The notes below the pieces were generated by a model, which saw only the letters and a program-made list of their open reading frames with translations, made no database searches and was not told the DNA's origin. A DNA stretch of 64,000 bases, taken from the NCBI GenBank assembly GCA_964588985.1, contig CAZPQW010000005.1, positions 32,001 to 96,000 on the forward strand, written 5' to 3'. Origin of the DNA: an uncultured Solirubrobacteraceae bacterium. Its GTDB lineage: Bacteria; Actinomycetota; Thermoleophilia; Solirubrobacterales; Solirubrobacteraceae. Positions 54,502 through 63,190 of this stretch are shown here, piece after piece (position 1 is the stretch's first letter; each line of letters opens with the position of its first letter). The position numbers and the translations under genes were made by a program.

Positions 54502-54528
54502 TAAAGAATCGTCGTCTCCGGTCGAACA
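54502..54528 (+). promoter_or_regulatory. sigma28-type promoter for flgF-flgG-flgJ-flgN-flgKL-fliW
   Basis: TAAA-N15-GTCGAACA. Confidence 0.75.
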
Positions 54529-54539
54529 CCCGGAGGGAG

Positions 54540-55226
54540 ATGGACCTTGGCATCTACATCGCTGCTACGGGGATGATCGCTGAGCAGACCCGCCAGGATC
54601 AGCTCTCGAACGACCTCGCGAATGCGACGACGCCTGGCTTCAAGCCCGACAAGTCGCCGCAGCACAACTTCGGCTCGATGCTGCTGGCGAACACCGAGGG
54701 CGGAGCGGCGGTCGGCTCGGTCGATGCGGGCGTGGCGCTCGGCAAGACCTACACGAACATGGCGCCCGCCTCGCTTCAGGAAACCGGCGAACCGCTCGAC
54801 TTCGCGATCCAGGGCAGCGGCTTCTTCGCGGTGAAGACCGCCCAGGGGACCCGCTACACCCGCGACGGCCAGTTCACCGCGTCCGCCGCGGGGCTGCTGA
54901 CGGACGTGAGCGGCAACCCCGTGCTCGACCAGGCGGGAGCGCCGATCAAGGTGAGCACCGGCGGCACCGTGCCTGCGAGCGCTCTCGGCGTCTTCGAAGT
55001 GCCGGGTGCCGCCAAGCAGGGCGAAAACCTCTACACGGGCACGGCCGCGGGCAAGCCCAGCGGCGTGGTGCACCAGGGGGCGCTGGAGGCCTCGGGGGTG
55101 GACGCGGCGAAGGTGATGGTCGACATGATCACCTCGCTTCGCACCTTCCAGTCCGGGCAGCAGGCGATCCAGACGATCGGCCAGACTTTGCAAGAGGCCG
55201 CCTCGCAGGTCGGCTCGGTGGCCTGA
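54540..55226 (+). CDS. flgF: Basal-body rod protein FlgF (FlhO-like)
   Basis: GIYIAATGM...LANATTPGFK, PLDFAIQGSGFF, YTRDG, GALEASGVD. Confidence 0.85.
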   Translation: MDLGIYIAATGMIAEQTRQDQLSNDLANATTPGFKPDKSPQHNFGSMLLANTEGGAAVGSVDAGVALGKTYTNMAPASLQETGEPLDFAIQGSGFFAVKTAQGTRYTRDGQFTASAAGLLTDVSGNPVLDQAGAPIKVSTGGTVPASALGVFEVPGAAKQGENLYTGTAAGKPSGVVHQGALEASGVDAAKVMVDMITSLRTFQSGQQAIQTIGQTLQEAASQVGSVA

Positions 55227-55957
55227 TGCTCGAAGGCCTCTACGCGGCGGCGGCGGGCATGGCCGCGCAGCAGCAGCAGATCGACGCGATCGGCAACGAC
55301 CTCGCGAACGAGAACACCACCGGCTACAAGACCGAGCGCGTGGCTTTCAGCGACCTGCTCTACAACAAGTTCGACCAGGCGGGCACCGAAACGACGACCG
55401 GAGCGGGCGCGAGCGCACAGACGATCGGCGCGAGCCGCACGCAGGGATCGATCCGGGAAACGGGCGACCCCCTCGACATGGCGATCGAAGGCGAAGGCTA
55501 CTTCCAGGTGATGCGCGCGAACGGGCAGGTGGCGCTGACGCGCGACGGCTCCTTCGGCGTAGACGCGAGCGGGACGCTGGTCAACTCCAGCGGCGATCGG
55601 CTGAACCCGCCGATCAAGCTCCCGGCGGGCGTCTCGCCGAGCGAAGTGAGGATCTCATCCGACGGGACGGTGCGCGTCGGGGAAAAGACGCTGGGGCAGA
55701 TCAAGCTCGTCACGGTCGCGGCCCCAGACCGCCTGCTCGCGGACGGAGCCAGCGAGTTCAGCACGACGGCGGCCAGCGGATCTCCCACCCCGCTGGCCAC
55801 GTCGAGCATCAAACAGGGAGCGCTGGAGGCGTCCAACGTGGACATGGCGAAGGCGATGTCGCAGCTGGTTAGCACGCAGCGCGCCTTCCAGATGAGCAGC
55901 ACGGCGATCCAGACCGAGAGCCAGATGATGTCGATCGCGAACCAGCTCAAACCATGA
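55226..55957 (+). CDS. flgG: Basal-body rod protein FlgG (FlhP-like)
   Basis: LYAAAAGM...LANENTTGYK..FSDLLY, TRDGSF, QGALEASNVD, QRAFQM. Confidence 0.88.
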   Translation: MLEGLYAAAAGMAAQQQQIDAIGNDLANENTTGYKTERVAFSDLLYNKFDQAGTETTTGAGASAQTIGASRTQGSIRETGDPLDMAIEGEGYFQVMRANGQVALTRDGSFGVDASGTLVNSSGDRLNPPIKLPAGVSPSEVRISSDGTVRVGEKTLGQIKLVTVAAPDRLLADGASEFSTTAASGSPTPLATSSIKQGALEASNVDMAKAMSQLVSTQRAFQMSSTAIQTESQMMSIANQLKP

Positions 55958-56388
55958 CCATCGAAGCCTCCACGGGGCTACCGGCGGTCAACCAGGCGCT
56001 GGAGCCGGCGTGGGTTCGCCACGGCTCGGCGTCCACCCAGAAGACCTACGAGACGGCGCTGGCGTTCGAAGAGATGCTCGTACAGCAGCTCTCGCAGTCG
56101 CTCACCGCGACGAGCGGGCTCGAAGGCGACTCCTCGCAGGGCGGCGGAGCGGGTGCCGAAGAAGGCGGCTCCGGCGGCTCCTCTTCGCTCGGCACCAGTC
56201 AGCTGTCCTCGCTGCTGCCGCAGGCGCTGTCGAACGGCGTGATGAGCGCTGGCGGACTCGGCCTGGCGGCGCAGCTGACGCGCGAGCTGCAAAGTGCACA
56301 GGGCATGCAGAGCTCGGCGAGCGGCGGTACCGCCGCGAGCACCGAGCACGGTGCGGTCTCCCCAGCCAGCGGAGGCGTGGGCGCGTGA
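55954..56388 (+). CDS. Stand-alone FlgJ-like rod-binding protein (no muramidase domain)
   Basis: ALAFEEMLVQQL...SSLLPQALSNGVMSAGGLGLAAQLTREL matches the FlgJ N-terminal pattern. Confidence 0.75.
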   Translation: MTIEASTGLPAVNQALEPAWVRHGSASTQKTYETALAFEEMLVQQLSQSLTATSGLEGDSSQGGGAGAEEGGSGGSSSLGTSQLSSLLPQALSNGVMSAGGLGLAAQLTRELQSAQGMQSSASGGTAASTEHGAVSPASGGVGA

Positions 56389-56936
56389 CCCCCGCGGCGA
56401 TGGTGGCGCACGAGGGCGTCGCGCGGGATCGCGCGCTTGCGAGCGACGTGCTCGTGCACCTGAACGCCCAGATCGCCTCGGCGCGCAGCCTGCTGGAGGT
56501 GGTGCTCGAGCAGGGCGCCGCGATCCGCGCGCGCGACGTGCACACGGTCGTGAGGCTCGCGGGCATCCTGCGCGGAGAGATGAGCCGTCGCCAGCTGCTG
56601 GAGGAGGAGCGCTCTCGTCTCCTGACTCGCAGCGGCGAGCGATTGGGGGTCCCCGCCGAGACCGTCACGCTCGCGCAGCTGAGCGCGCTGATGGATCCGC
56701 CCAGCGCCGAGCGTGCGGTCGAGCGCAGCGCGGAGCTGCGCGGCCTGCTGCACGAGCTCCAGCGCGAGCACACGAGCAACCGCACGTTGATGCAGATCGA
56801 GCTGGGCTTCCTCGACCACCTGATGGGGATGCTCGCGCTCGACGGCGTCAGCGGCTACGACACCCGCGGCTCCTCCACGTCGATCACGCGCTCGCGTCCC
56901 AACGGCGAGCTGCACGTCCTCGACCTGCGGGCCTAG
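56385..56936 (+). CDS. flgN: FlgN export chaperone
   Basis: Helical; LLEEERSRLL...LGV..TLAQL..., NRTLMQIELGFLDHL; directly upstream of flgK. Confidence 0.8.
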   Translation: MTPAAMVAHEGVARDRALASDVLVHLNAQIASARSLLEVVLEQGAAIRARDVHTVVRLAGILRGEMSRRQLLEEERSRLLTRSGERLGVPAETVTLAQLSALMDPPSAERAVERSAELRGLLHELQREHTSNRTLMQIELGFLDHLMGMLALDGVSGYDTRGSSTSITRSRPNGELHVLDLRA

Positions 56937-56941
56937 ACGCG

Positions 56942-58249
56942 ATGTCGATCCCCACCCTGCAAGGACTCCAGACCGCGCTCAGCGGCCTCCTGGCCGAGCA
57001 GCAGGCGCTCGACGTCGCCGGGCACAACATCGCCAACGTGAACACGGAAGGCTACTCGCGCGAGACAGCGGTCCTGGTGACCAACCGGCCGATCGAAATC
57101 CCCGCGATGTCGGTGCTGACGGGGAAAGGCGGGCAGCTCGGCACGGGCGTCAGCGTCGAGACGTATACACGAATCCGCAACGCTTACCTCGACGCTCAGT
57201 ACCGTACGCAGAACAGCGCGTTGAGCGGCTCGACGACCGAAGCGGAAGAGCTGCAGCAGGCACAGGCGGCGTTCAACGAACCGTCGGAATCCGGGCTCGC
57301 GAGCCAGCTGTCGAAGTTCTGGTCGGCGTGGAGCAACCTCGCCAACTCGCCCGAAACGGGCAAGCAGGGGGTGGTCGCCGCGGGCGAACAGCTCGCGAGG
57401 ACGTTCAAACAGCTCACCACCCAGCTCGAAACGATCTCCACCCAAGCCAACCAGCAGTATGCGTCGCTGACGGGCCCCACGGGCGAAGTCCAGGATCTCG
57501 CGAACCAGATCGCGCAGCTCAACGGGCAGATCAAGCTCGCCGAAGAAGCCGGCCAGCAGCCCAACAGCATGCTCGACCGCCGCGACCTGCTGCTGGACAA
57601 ACTCTCGTCTCTGGCCAACATCACCGTCGCCCAGCAGCCAAACGGCACCGACACCGTCAGCTTCGGCGACGCCGCCAAACCGCTGGTGGAAGGCACGACG
57701 GTCAACTGGCCGCAGACGCTCACCGCGGCGGCCGGCGGCCAGCTCGGCGCGCTCCTCGGCTTGACGAGCCCGGGCGGTGCGCTCGCCTCTTATCAGACCG
57801 CGCTCGACGGGGTTGCCGAACGCCTCGTGGGGTCGGTCAACGAACTCCACACCTCGACGCCGTTCTTCAGCGGTTTCACCGCGTCGACGATCGCCGTTGC
57901 GGTCGAACCATCGGAAGTCCAGACATCCTCCACCGGGACGGTCGGCGGAAACGACGTGGCGCAGGCGATCGCGGCGCTGCGCGGCGGCAGCGCCGACCAG
58001 AGCTACTCGGCGCTGATCGAGCAGGTCGGCAGCGACGTGAAGACCGCCAAGGACGAACAGTCCAACAACCAGACGACGGTCACCGCGATCGGCAACCAGC
58101 GCCAGAGCGTCTCGGGCGTGTCGCTGGATGAAGAAATGACCAACCTGATCACCTTCCAGCGCGGCTACCAGGCGTCCGCGCGCACGATGACCGCGATGGA
58201 CCAGATGCTCGAAACGTTGATTGAGCACACGGGCTTGGCGGGGCTGTAG
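56942..58249 (+). CDS. flgK: Hook-associated protein FlgK
   Basis: GHNIANVNTEGYSRE, LDRRDLLLDKLS, SVSGVSLDEEMTNLITFQRGYQASAR. Confidence 0.95.
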   Translation: MSIPTLQGLQTALSGLLAEQQALDVAGHNIANVNTEGYSRETAVLVTNRPIEIPAMSVLTGKGGQLGTGVSVETYTRIRNAYLDAQYRTQNSALSGSTTEAEELQQAQAAFNEPSESGLASQLSKFWSAWSNLANSPETGKQGVVAAGEQLARTFKQLTTQLETISTQANQQYASLTGPTGEVQDLANQIAQLNGQIKLAEEAGQQPNSMLDRRDLLLDKLSSLANITVAQQPNGTDTVSFGDAAKPLVEGTTVNWPQTLTAAAGGQLGALLGLTSPGGALASYQTALDGVAERLVGSVNELHTSTPFFSGFTASTIAVAVEPSEVQTSSTGTVGGNDVAQAIAALRGGSADQSYSALIEQVGSDVKTAKDEQSNNQTTVTAIGNQRQSVSGVSLDEEMTNLITFQRGYQASARTMTAMDQMLETLIEHTGLAGL

Positions 58250-58251
58250 CG

Positions 58252-59166
58252 ATGAGCAACCGGATCGCCACGGGGATGATCACGAGCTCGACGCTCAACG
58301 ACATCAACTCCGCCCTCAGCAAGCTCGAGCGCAGCTCCGAAGAACTGTCCTCCGGCAGGACGATCCTGCAGCCGTCGGACAACCCCTACGGCGCCAGTCA
58401 CGCGATCGACCTGCAGAGCCAGCTCGACGGGCTGACCTCATATGCCACGAACGTGCAGGACGGCATCTCGTGGTCGAACACGGCCAACGGCGCGATGACG
58501 AACATGGGCAGCGTGGTGCAGCGCGTGCGCGAACTGCTCGTGCAGGCGGGCAACGCCACGTACAACCAGAGCGACCTCAACAGCATCGCAACCGAGGTGA
58601 GCCAGCTCACCGAAACGATCAAGCAGGACGCCAACACGCAGTACGCCGGCCAGTATGTGTTCGCGGGCACGCTCACCACCACCGCCCCCTACAAACAGGG
58701 CCCGGAAGACGAATATCACGGCAACGAAGGGACGATCTCGCGCTCTGTGGGACCGGGCGCGTCGGTCACCGTCAACACGAACATCTCAACGCTGCTCGGC
58801 AACGGAGCGGGCTCCGGCGACGGCAAGCTGCTCGACACGCTGCGCACGATCTCCGAACACCTCACCAGCGGGACCGCGGAAGGCAGGGCGGCGCTCAACT
58901 CGACCGACCTGAAAGCGATCGACGCATCGATGGAAACGCTCACGCAACTGCAGGCGACGACGGGCAGCGTGACCAACCAGCTGCAGGTCGCCTCGCTTCG
59001 CATCGAAGACCTCCAGGACTCGATCACCAAGACCCTGTCGAACACTCAGGATGCGGACGTCGCGAAGACGACCATCGCCTACTCCAACGAGCAGGCCGCC
59101 TACCAGGCGGCGCTGCGCGCGGGAGCGAACATCGTTCAGGAATCACTTCTCAACTTCCTCCGCTAG
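58252..59166 (+). CDS. flgL: Hook-associated protein FlgL
   Basis: LSSGRTILQPSDNP, NTQYAGQYVFAG, YQAALRAGANIVQESLLNFLR. Confidence 0.95.
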   Translation: MSNRIATGMITSSTLNDINSALSKLERSSEELSSGRTILQPSDNPYGASHAIDLQSQLDGLTSYATNVQDGISWSNTANGAMTNMGSVVQRVRELLVQAGNATYNQSDLNSIATEVSQLTETIKQDANTQYAGQYVFAGTLTTTAPYKQGPEDEYHGNEGTISRSVGPGASVTVNTNISTLLGNGAGSGDGKLLDTLRTISEHLTSGTAEGRAALNSTDLKAIDASMETLTQLQATTGSVTNQLQVASLRIEDLQDSITKTLSNTQDADVAKTTIAYSNEQAAYQAALRAGANIVQESLLNFLR

Positions 59167-59194
59167 AAGCCGAAACAAGAGAGAGGCACACCCA

Positions 59195-59662
59195 ATGTCC
59201 GTCACATTTCAGAGCATCCGCTTCGGCTCGGTCGAGATACCGGCGCAGGACGTGATCGAGTTCCCCCTCGGCCTGATCGGCCTGGGCGGGCTGCGCTACG
59301 CGCTGATCGACCGCAACCCGGGCACCGGTTTTCTGTGGCTGCACTCGGTTGAAGACGATGCCCTGGCGCTGCCGGTCGTCAAACCCGAGCCGTTCTTCTC
59401 GACGTTCGCGCTCGACATCGCCCCCGAGGATCAGGAGCGCACCGGCATCCACGACGCGGCCGGAGCCGAGATCTACGTGACCGTTCGCGCCACGCCCAAC
59501 CCGCTCGACATCACCGCCAACCTGCGCGCCCCGCTGGTGATCCGCGACGGCCACGGCTATCAGGTGATCAACGTCAGCGAGGACGCGCCGCTGCAGGCGC
59601 CGCTGTTCGAACTGCCCGAGCCGGTCGTCGCCGAGCGCGCGCGGACGGTCGACGCGGCCTGA
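59195..59662 (+). CDS. fliW: Flagellar assembly factor FliW (CsrA antagonist)
   Basis: RFGSVEI...FPLGLIGL, WLHSVEDDALA, TANLRAPLVI, GYQVI. Confidence 0.92.
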   Translation: MSVTFQSIRFGSVEIPAQDVIEFPLGLIGLGGLRYALIDRNPGTGFLWLHSVEDDALALPVVKPEPFFSTFALDIAPEDQERTGIHDAAGAEIYVTVRATPNPLDITANLRAPLVIRDGHGYQVINVSEDAPLQAPLFELPEPVVAERARTVDAA

Positions 59663-59711
59663 ATCGTCGGGTCCCTCCCGACATCTCGGGATTGCTTCAT
59701 AATCCGAAGCG

Positions 59712-59963
59712 ATGCTGATCCTGACGCGTCGTCCCGGAGAGCGCGTCGTGATCGGCGACGAGATCCTCGTGACCGTGATGGGCGTGAGCGGGCACACCGT
59801 TCGCCTGGGGATCGAAGCTCCCTCCGGCGTTCCGATCTACCGCGAGGAGATCTGGCTCGCGGTCAAGGAGGAGAACCGCGCGGCCGCCGCGGCGCAGCCG
59901 GACGCGCTGCCCGCCGACCTGCCGGCGCCACCCGCGCCCGAGACAGAGCCCGAGCAGCCCTGA
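59712..59963 (+). CDS. csrA: Carbon storage regulator CsrA
   Basis: [18 protein letters not shown]...[23 protein letters not shown] (FliW-type C-terminal extension). Confidence 0.96.
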   Translation: MLILTRRPGERVVIGDEILVTVMGVSGHTVRLGIEAPSGVPIYREEIWLAVKEENRAAAAAQPDALPADLPAPPAPETEPEQP

Positions 59964-60150
59964 CGTGGGCGACGTTGCGTCGGCGTGTGCGTCGATGTAG
60001 GGTGCGGTATCCAGGAGTCAACCCTGGCAGTGCGGCAGTGCGCCTCGTCGGCGAGGCGGATCGGGTGTGCAAGGAACTGCGAGCCTGAACCGATCACCTC
60101 CCGCGATTCGCAAGTGTCGCGCAGCAAAATCCAAGGGAGGGAGCAAAGCC

Positions 60151-61611
60151 ATGCCATCGAAGCGTTGCAGAGGGCGACGCACCGCAAGCCGGCTGACAAC
60201 CGTGCTGGCGCTCGCGCTAACGGCCTTCTGCGTTCTCGCGGCCAACGCGTTCGCGGTCAAGGTCGACATCGTCACGCAGGGTGCGATACCGAACAACCCG
60301 CCGAAAAAAGTGGCGTATTTCCACCACATCCAGGAAGCGGTCAACGCCACGCACCGTGGCGACTGGGTCCTGATCGAGCCGGGCGTCTACACCGAAGAAG
60401 TCAAGATCACCAAGGCGCACTCGGACATCTACGTCCGCGGCATGGACCGTAACTCGGTGATCGTCGACGGCCAGAACATCCAGGTGCCGGGCGGCCGCAA
60501 CGGGATCGAAGTCTACAAGGCGAACAAGGTGTGGATCGAAAACCTCACCGTGCGCAACTTCGACAAGGAAGGGCTCAACGGTGCCGGCGGCAACGAGATC
60601 TGGTGGAACGGCGGCGCCGACTCCGGGCGCATCCACGCGCGCGGATGGTACGGCTCGTATCTGACCGCCTACGACACCGGCCTGGACGGCGGCTACGGCA
60701 TCTTCACCAACAACGAGATCGAAGGCGAATGGAACCACATCTACGCCTCCGGCTTCAACGACTCGGGCATGTACCTGGGCGCCTGCGCCGAATGCAAGGC
60801 GCGCATCAACGATGCCACCATGGAAAACAACGCGCTGGGCTACTCGGGATCGAACTCGGGCGGCAACCTCGTGATCGAAAACTCGACCATCAGGAACAAC
60901 AGCGCGGGGATCGCGCCGAACTCGGAAAACCCGGGCGACGGACCGCCGCCTCAGAACGGCGCGTGCAACCCGATCCCGCCATATCGCAAGGGTCACAAGA
61001 TCCTGCCCACGTTCGAAACGACCGAAATCGAACGGTGCACGATCATCCGCAACAACCTGCTCGAAAACAACAACAACCTCAGCGCACCCGCCAACACGTC
61101 CGCTTCGGCGTCCCCGTGGGGCACCGGCGTGGAGCTCCCGGGCGACTACGGCGATCTCGTCGAAGGCAACACGTTCGTGGGCAACGCGACCGATGCGGTG
61201 ATGGCGTTCGAGTACCCCAACCCGTTCCCGCCCGAAGAAGACACGATCTTCTTCGCCGCGAGTGGGAACAAGATCGCGAACAACAAATTCATCGACAACG
61301 GCACAGCTCCGGTGAAATACCCCGGCGACGTGTTCATGGCGGGAGGCGTGTTCACCGAATCGACGAACAACTGCGCCTCCGGCAATGAATTCACAGCGGC
61401 CACGTACCCGGCGAACATCGAGGGAACGTGGGGCTGTCAGAACAAAACCACGCCGGCTCCCTCGGAACTGGGCTTCGCGGGCGTGGAATACCTGCTGGAA
61501 CTGCAGGAAATGTCGCTCGCCAGGGAACCGGTGCCGCAGCCCGCGCCACCGGCACAGGTAAGCATGCCCAACCCCTGCGAAGGGGTACCGACGAACCCGC
61601 TGTGCCCGTAG
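60151..61611 (+). CDS. Secreted right-handed parallel beta-helix protein
   Basis: Signal peptide (…AANAFA), IQEAVNA..GDWVLIEPGVY, WIENLTVRNF, repeated I-x-N-N ladders; SD GGGAGGGAG. Confidence 0.8.
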   Translation: MPSKRCRGRRTASRLTTVLALALTAFCVLAANAFAVKVDIVTQGAIPNNPPKKVAYFHHIQEAVNATHRGDWVLIEPGVYTEEVKITKAHSDIYVRGMDRNSVIVDGQNIQVPGGRNGIEVYKANKVWIENLTVRNFDKEGLNGAGGNEIWWNGGADSGRIHARGWYGSYLTAYDTGLDGGYGIFTNNEIEGEWNHIYASGFNDSGMYLGACAECKARINDATMENNALGYSGSNSGGNLVIENSTIRNNSAGIAPNSENPGDGPPPQNGACNPIPPYRKGHKILPTFETTEIERCTIIRNNLLENNNNLSAPANTSASASPWGTGVELPGDYGDLVEGNTFVGNATDAVMAFEYPNPFPPEEDTIFFAASGNKIANNKFIDNGTAPVKYPGDVFMAGGVFTESTNNCASGNEFTAATYPANIEGTWGCQNKTTPAPSELGFAGVEYLLELQEMSLAREPVPQPAPPAQVSMPNPCEGVPTNPLCP

Positions 61612-61649
61612 TCGAGTAGGGACACATCGGCAGTTGACATAGGCAGTGA

Positions 61650-61678
61650 GCGGCGCCGCCCGACGAGGGCGGCGCCGC
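61650..61678. terminator. Hairpin between convergent genes
   Basis: GCGGCGCCGCCC-GACGA-GGGCGGCGCCGC 12-bp perfect stem. Confidence 0.65.
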
Positions 61679-61714
61679 CACTTAAAGGGACAGACGCTGA
61701 CTCCGAGCGTGCGG

Positions 61715-63163
61715 TCAGACCAGCTCGAGCAGTGGGAAGGCGCGGTTGCGCCTCGGCGGCACGAGGAAGTTCTGGCGGCGTGTGGCGGTGATGAAGCGCT
61801 CGATGCCGAGGTTCTGCGCGGGGACGTTGTACCGCTGCGCCAGGTCGACCGAGGCCTGGCTGCGACGCATCGTCGCGAAGAAGTCCGCGGTCGGGACGAA
61901 GATGCCGAAGTGCAGCTTCGGCTGCGAGGAGCCGTCGGGCACGTCGAGCGAGTCGAAGCCCGGGCCGTCCGCGCGGATGTGCATCGGCGTGCGGTCGTGC
62001 GCCCGGCTGGAGCGCTGCAGCGCGACCGTGTGGCCGATGTGCGGCTGTCCGTCGAAGTTGCTCGCGCCTTCGGCTTCGCGTTCGGCCGCTTCGGGGCTCA
62101 CCGCCGCGTTTGCAATCGATGTCGGACCACCGCCGCCGGTGAACTGGTCGGCGTTACCGCGTCTGGGGACGGGATTGGCGCTGAACATCTCGGCCGCACG
62201 GCGCACGTACGTTTCGCCCGGACGTTCGTAGAACTGCTGGAGGTCCTGGATCAGATGCGACAGGTGCATCACCGAGCCGTGGTTGAAGTAGTCGTGCGAC
62301 CGCGCGGTGGTGAGCTTGGCCGAGCCGTTGCCGAGAAACGTCACTATCGGCGGCGGGCCGCTGCTGCCGACCTGCTGTGAGATGAAGCCCATCCACATCG
62401 GCGAGAGCGGGTTGATCGTCGCGGCGTACGGCAGCGTGTGTTCTTCGGCGAGCCTGCGCGGCAGGCCCTGCTGCACGAACATCAGCCGCCGCGAGCTGAC
62501 GCGCAGGAGGCCGCCCAGACCCGAGCTTCCGCCCTGGACGCCCGCGAGCGTGGAGCTTTCGCCAGCCAGCCAGCTGAGCGCTTCGTCGATCACAGCGGTG
62601 GAGTCGCTGCGAAGCATCAGCACCATGTCGTTGGACTCGATCCGCACGGGCACGTCGAAGCGGAGCTTCTGCACCGCGGGGTTCACTGGCGAGACGTCGG
62701 TTGGGCCTGGGACGGCCTCCTCGAAGGCATAGCGCTGCGGTTCGGCTGCCAGGCGCGGCATGTGCGCGGAGACGAGCGCGCCACTCATTCCGCCGGGCAG
62801 GCGTTCGAAGTACGGCACGCCGTAGGCGATCGTCATGAACACGCCGCTCGGGCTGAAGGGGTAGCTCGCCTCGACCTTGGCCAGGGCCGCCGCCAGCGCC
62901 GCCTGGTCTGAGAGCGTCGGCGTTCGCGTCAGTTCCACCGTGGCGAACGTCGTGTACGTCGGCCCGAAGCGGACCTTCACGCCTTCGATCGAAACCGCGT
63001 GCGGGAGGTACTTTTCGATCTGGAACTGGACTTCCGGCAGGCCCGACTTGGTCGCCGCGCCAGCGCGCTGCGGGACCCACGCCAGCAGATCCAGCGCACT
63101 CATCGTGGAGGCGGCCACGCCCAGCCCCACCGCACGCTGCATCAGGGTTCGCCGCGTGATCAC
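61715..63163 (-). CDS. Tat-exported protein of uncertain function (possibly DyP-peroxidase-like fold)
   Basis: ITRRTLM twin-arginine signal; SPMWMGF, MHLSHL, GHTVALQRSSR, LHF, FITATRRQNFLVPPRR. Fold assignment is inference. Confidence 0.7.
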   Translation of the reverse strand: MITRRTLMQRAVGLGVAASTMSALDLLAWVPQRAGAATKSGLPEVQFQIEKYLPHAVSIEGVKVRFGPTYTTFATVELTRTPTLSDQAALAAALAKVEASYPFSPSGVFMTIAYGVPYFERLPGGMSGALVSAHMPRLAAEPQRYAFEEAVPGPTDVSPVNPAVQKLRFDVPVRIESNDMVLMLRSDSTAVIDEALSWLAGESSTLAGVQGGSSGLGGLLRVSSRRLMFVQQGLPRRLAEEHTLPYAATINPLSPMWMGFISQQVGSSGPPPIVTFLGNGSAKLTTARSHDYFNHGSVMHLSHLIQDLQQFYERPGETYVRRAAEMFSANPVPRRGNADQFTGGGGPTSIANAAVSPEAAEREAEGASNFDGQPHIGHTVALQRSSRAHDRTPMHIRADGPGFDSLDVPDGSSQPKLHFGIFVPTADFFATMRRSQASVDLAQRYNVPAQNLGIERFITATRRQNFLVPPRRNRAFPLLELV

Positions 63164-63190
63164 CGGCGAATGGTAAACGCAGTGTGCTCG

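Noticed and set aside
45898-56388. Absence of flgA/flgH/flgI and short FlgE as novelty
   Set aside because: Normal for monoderm flagella, which lack P and L rings; short hooks are known in Bacillus.
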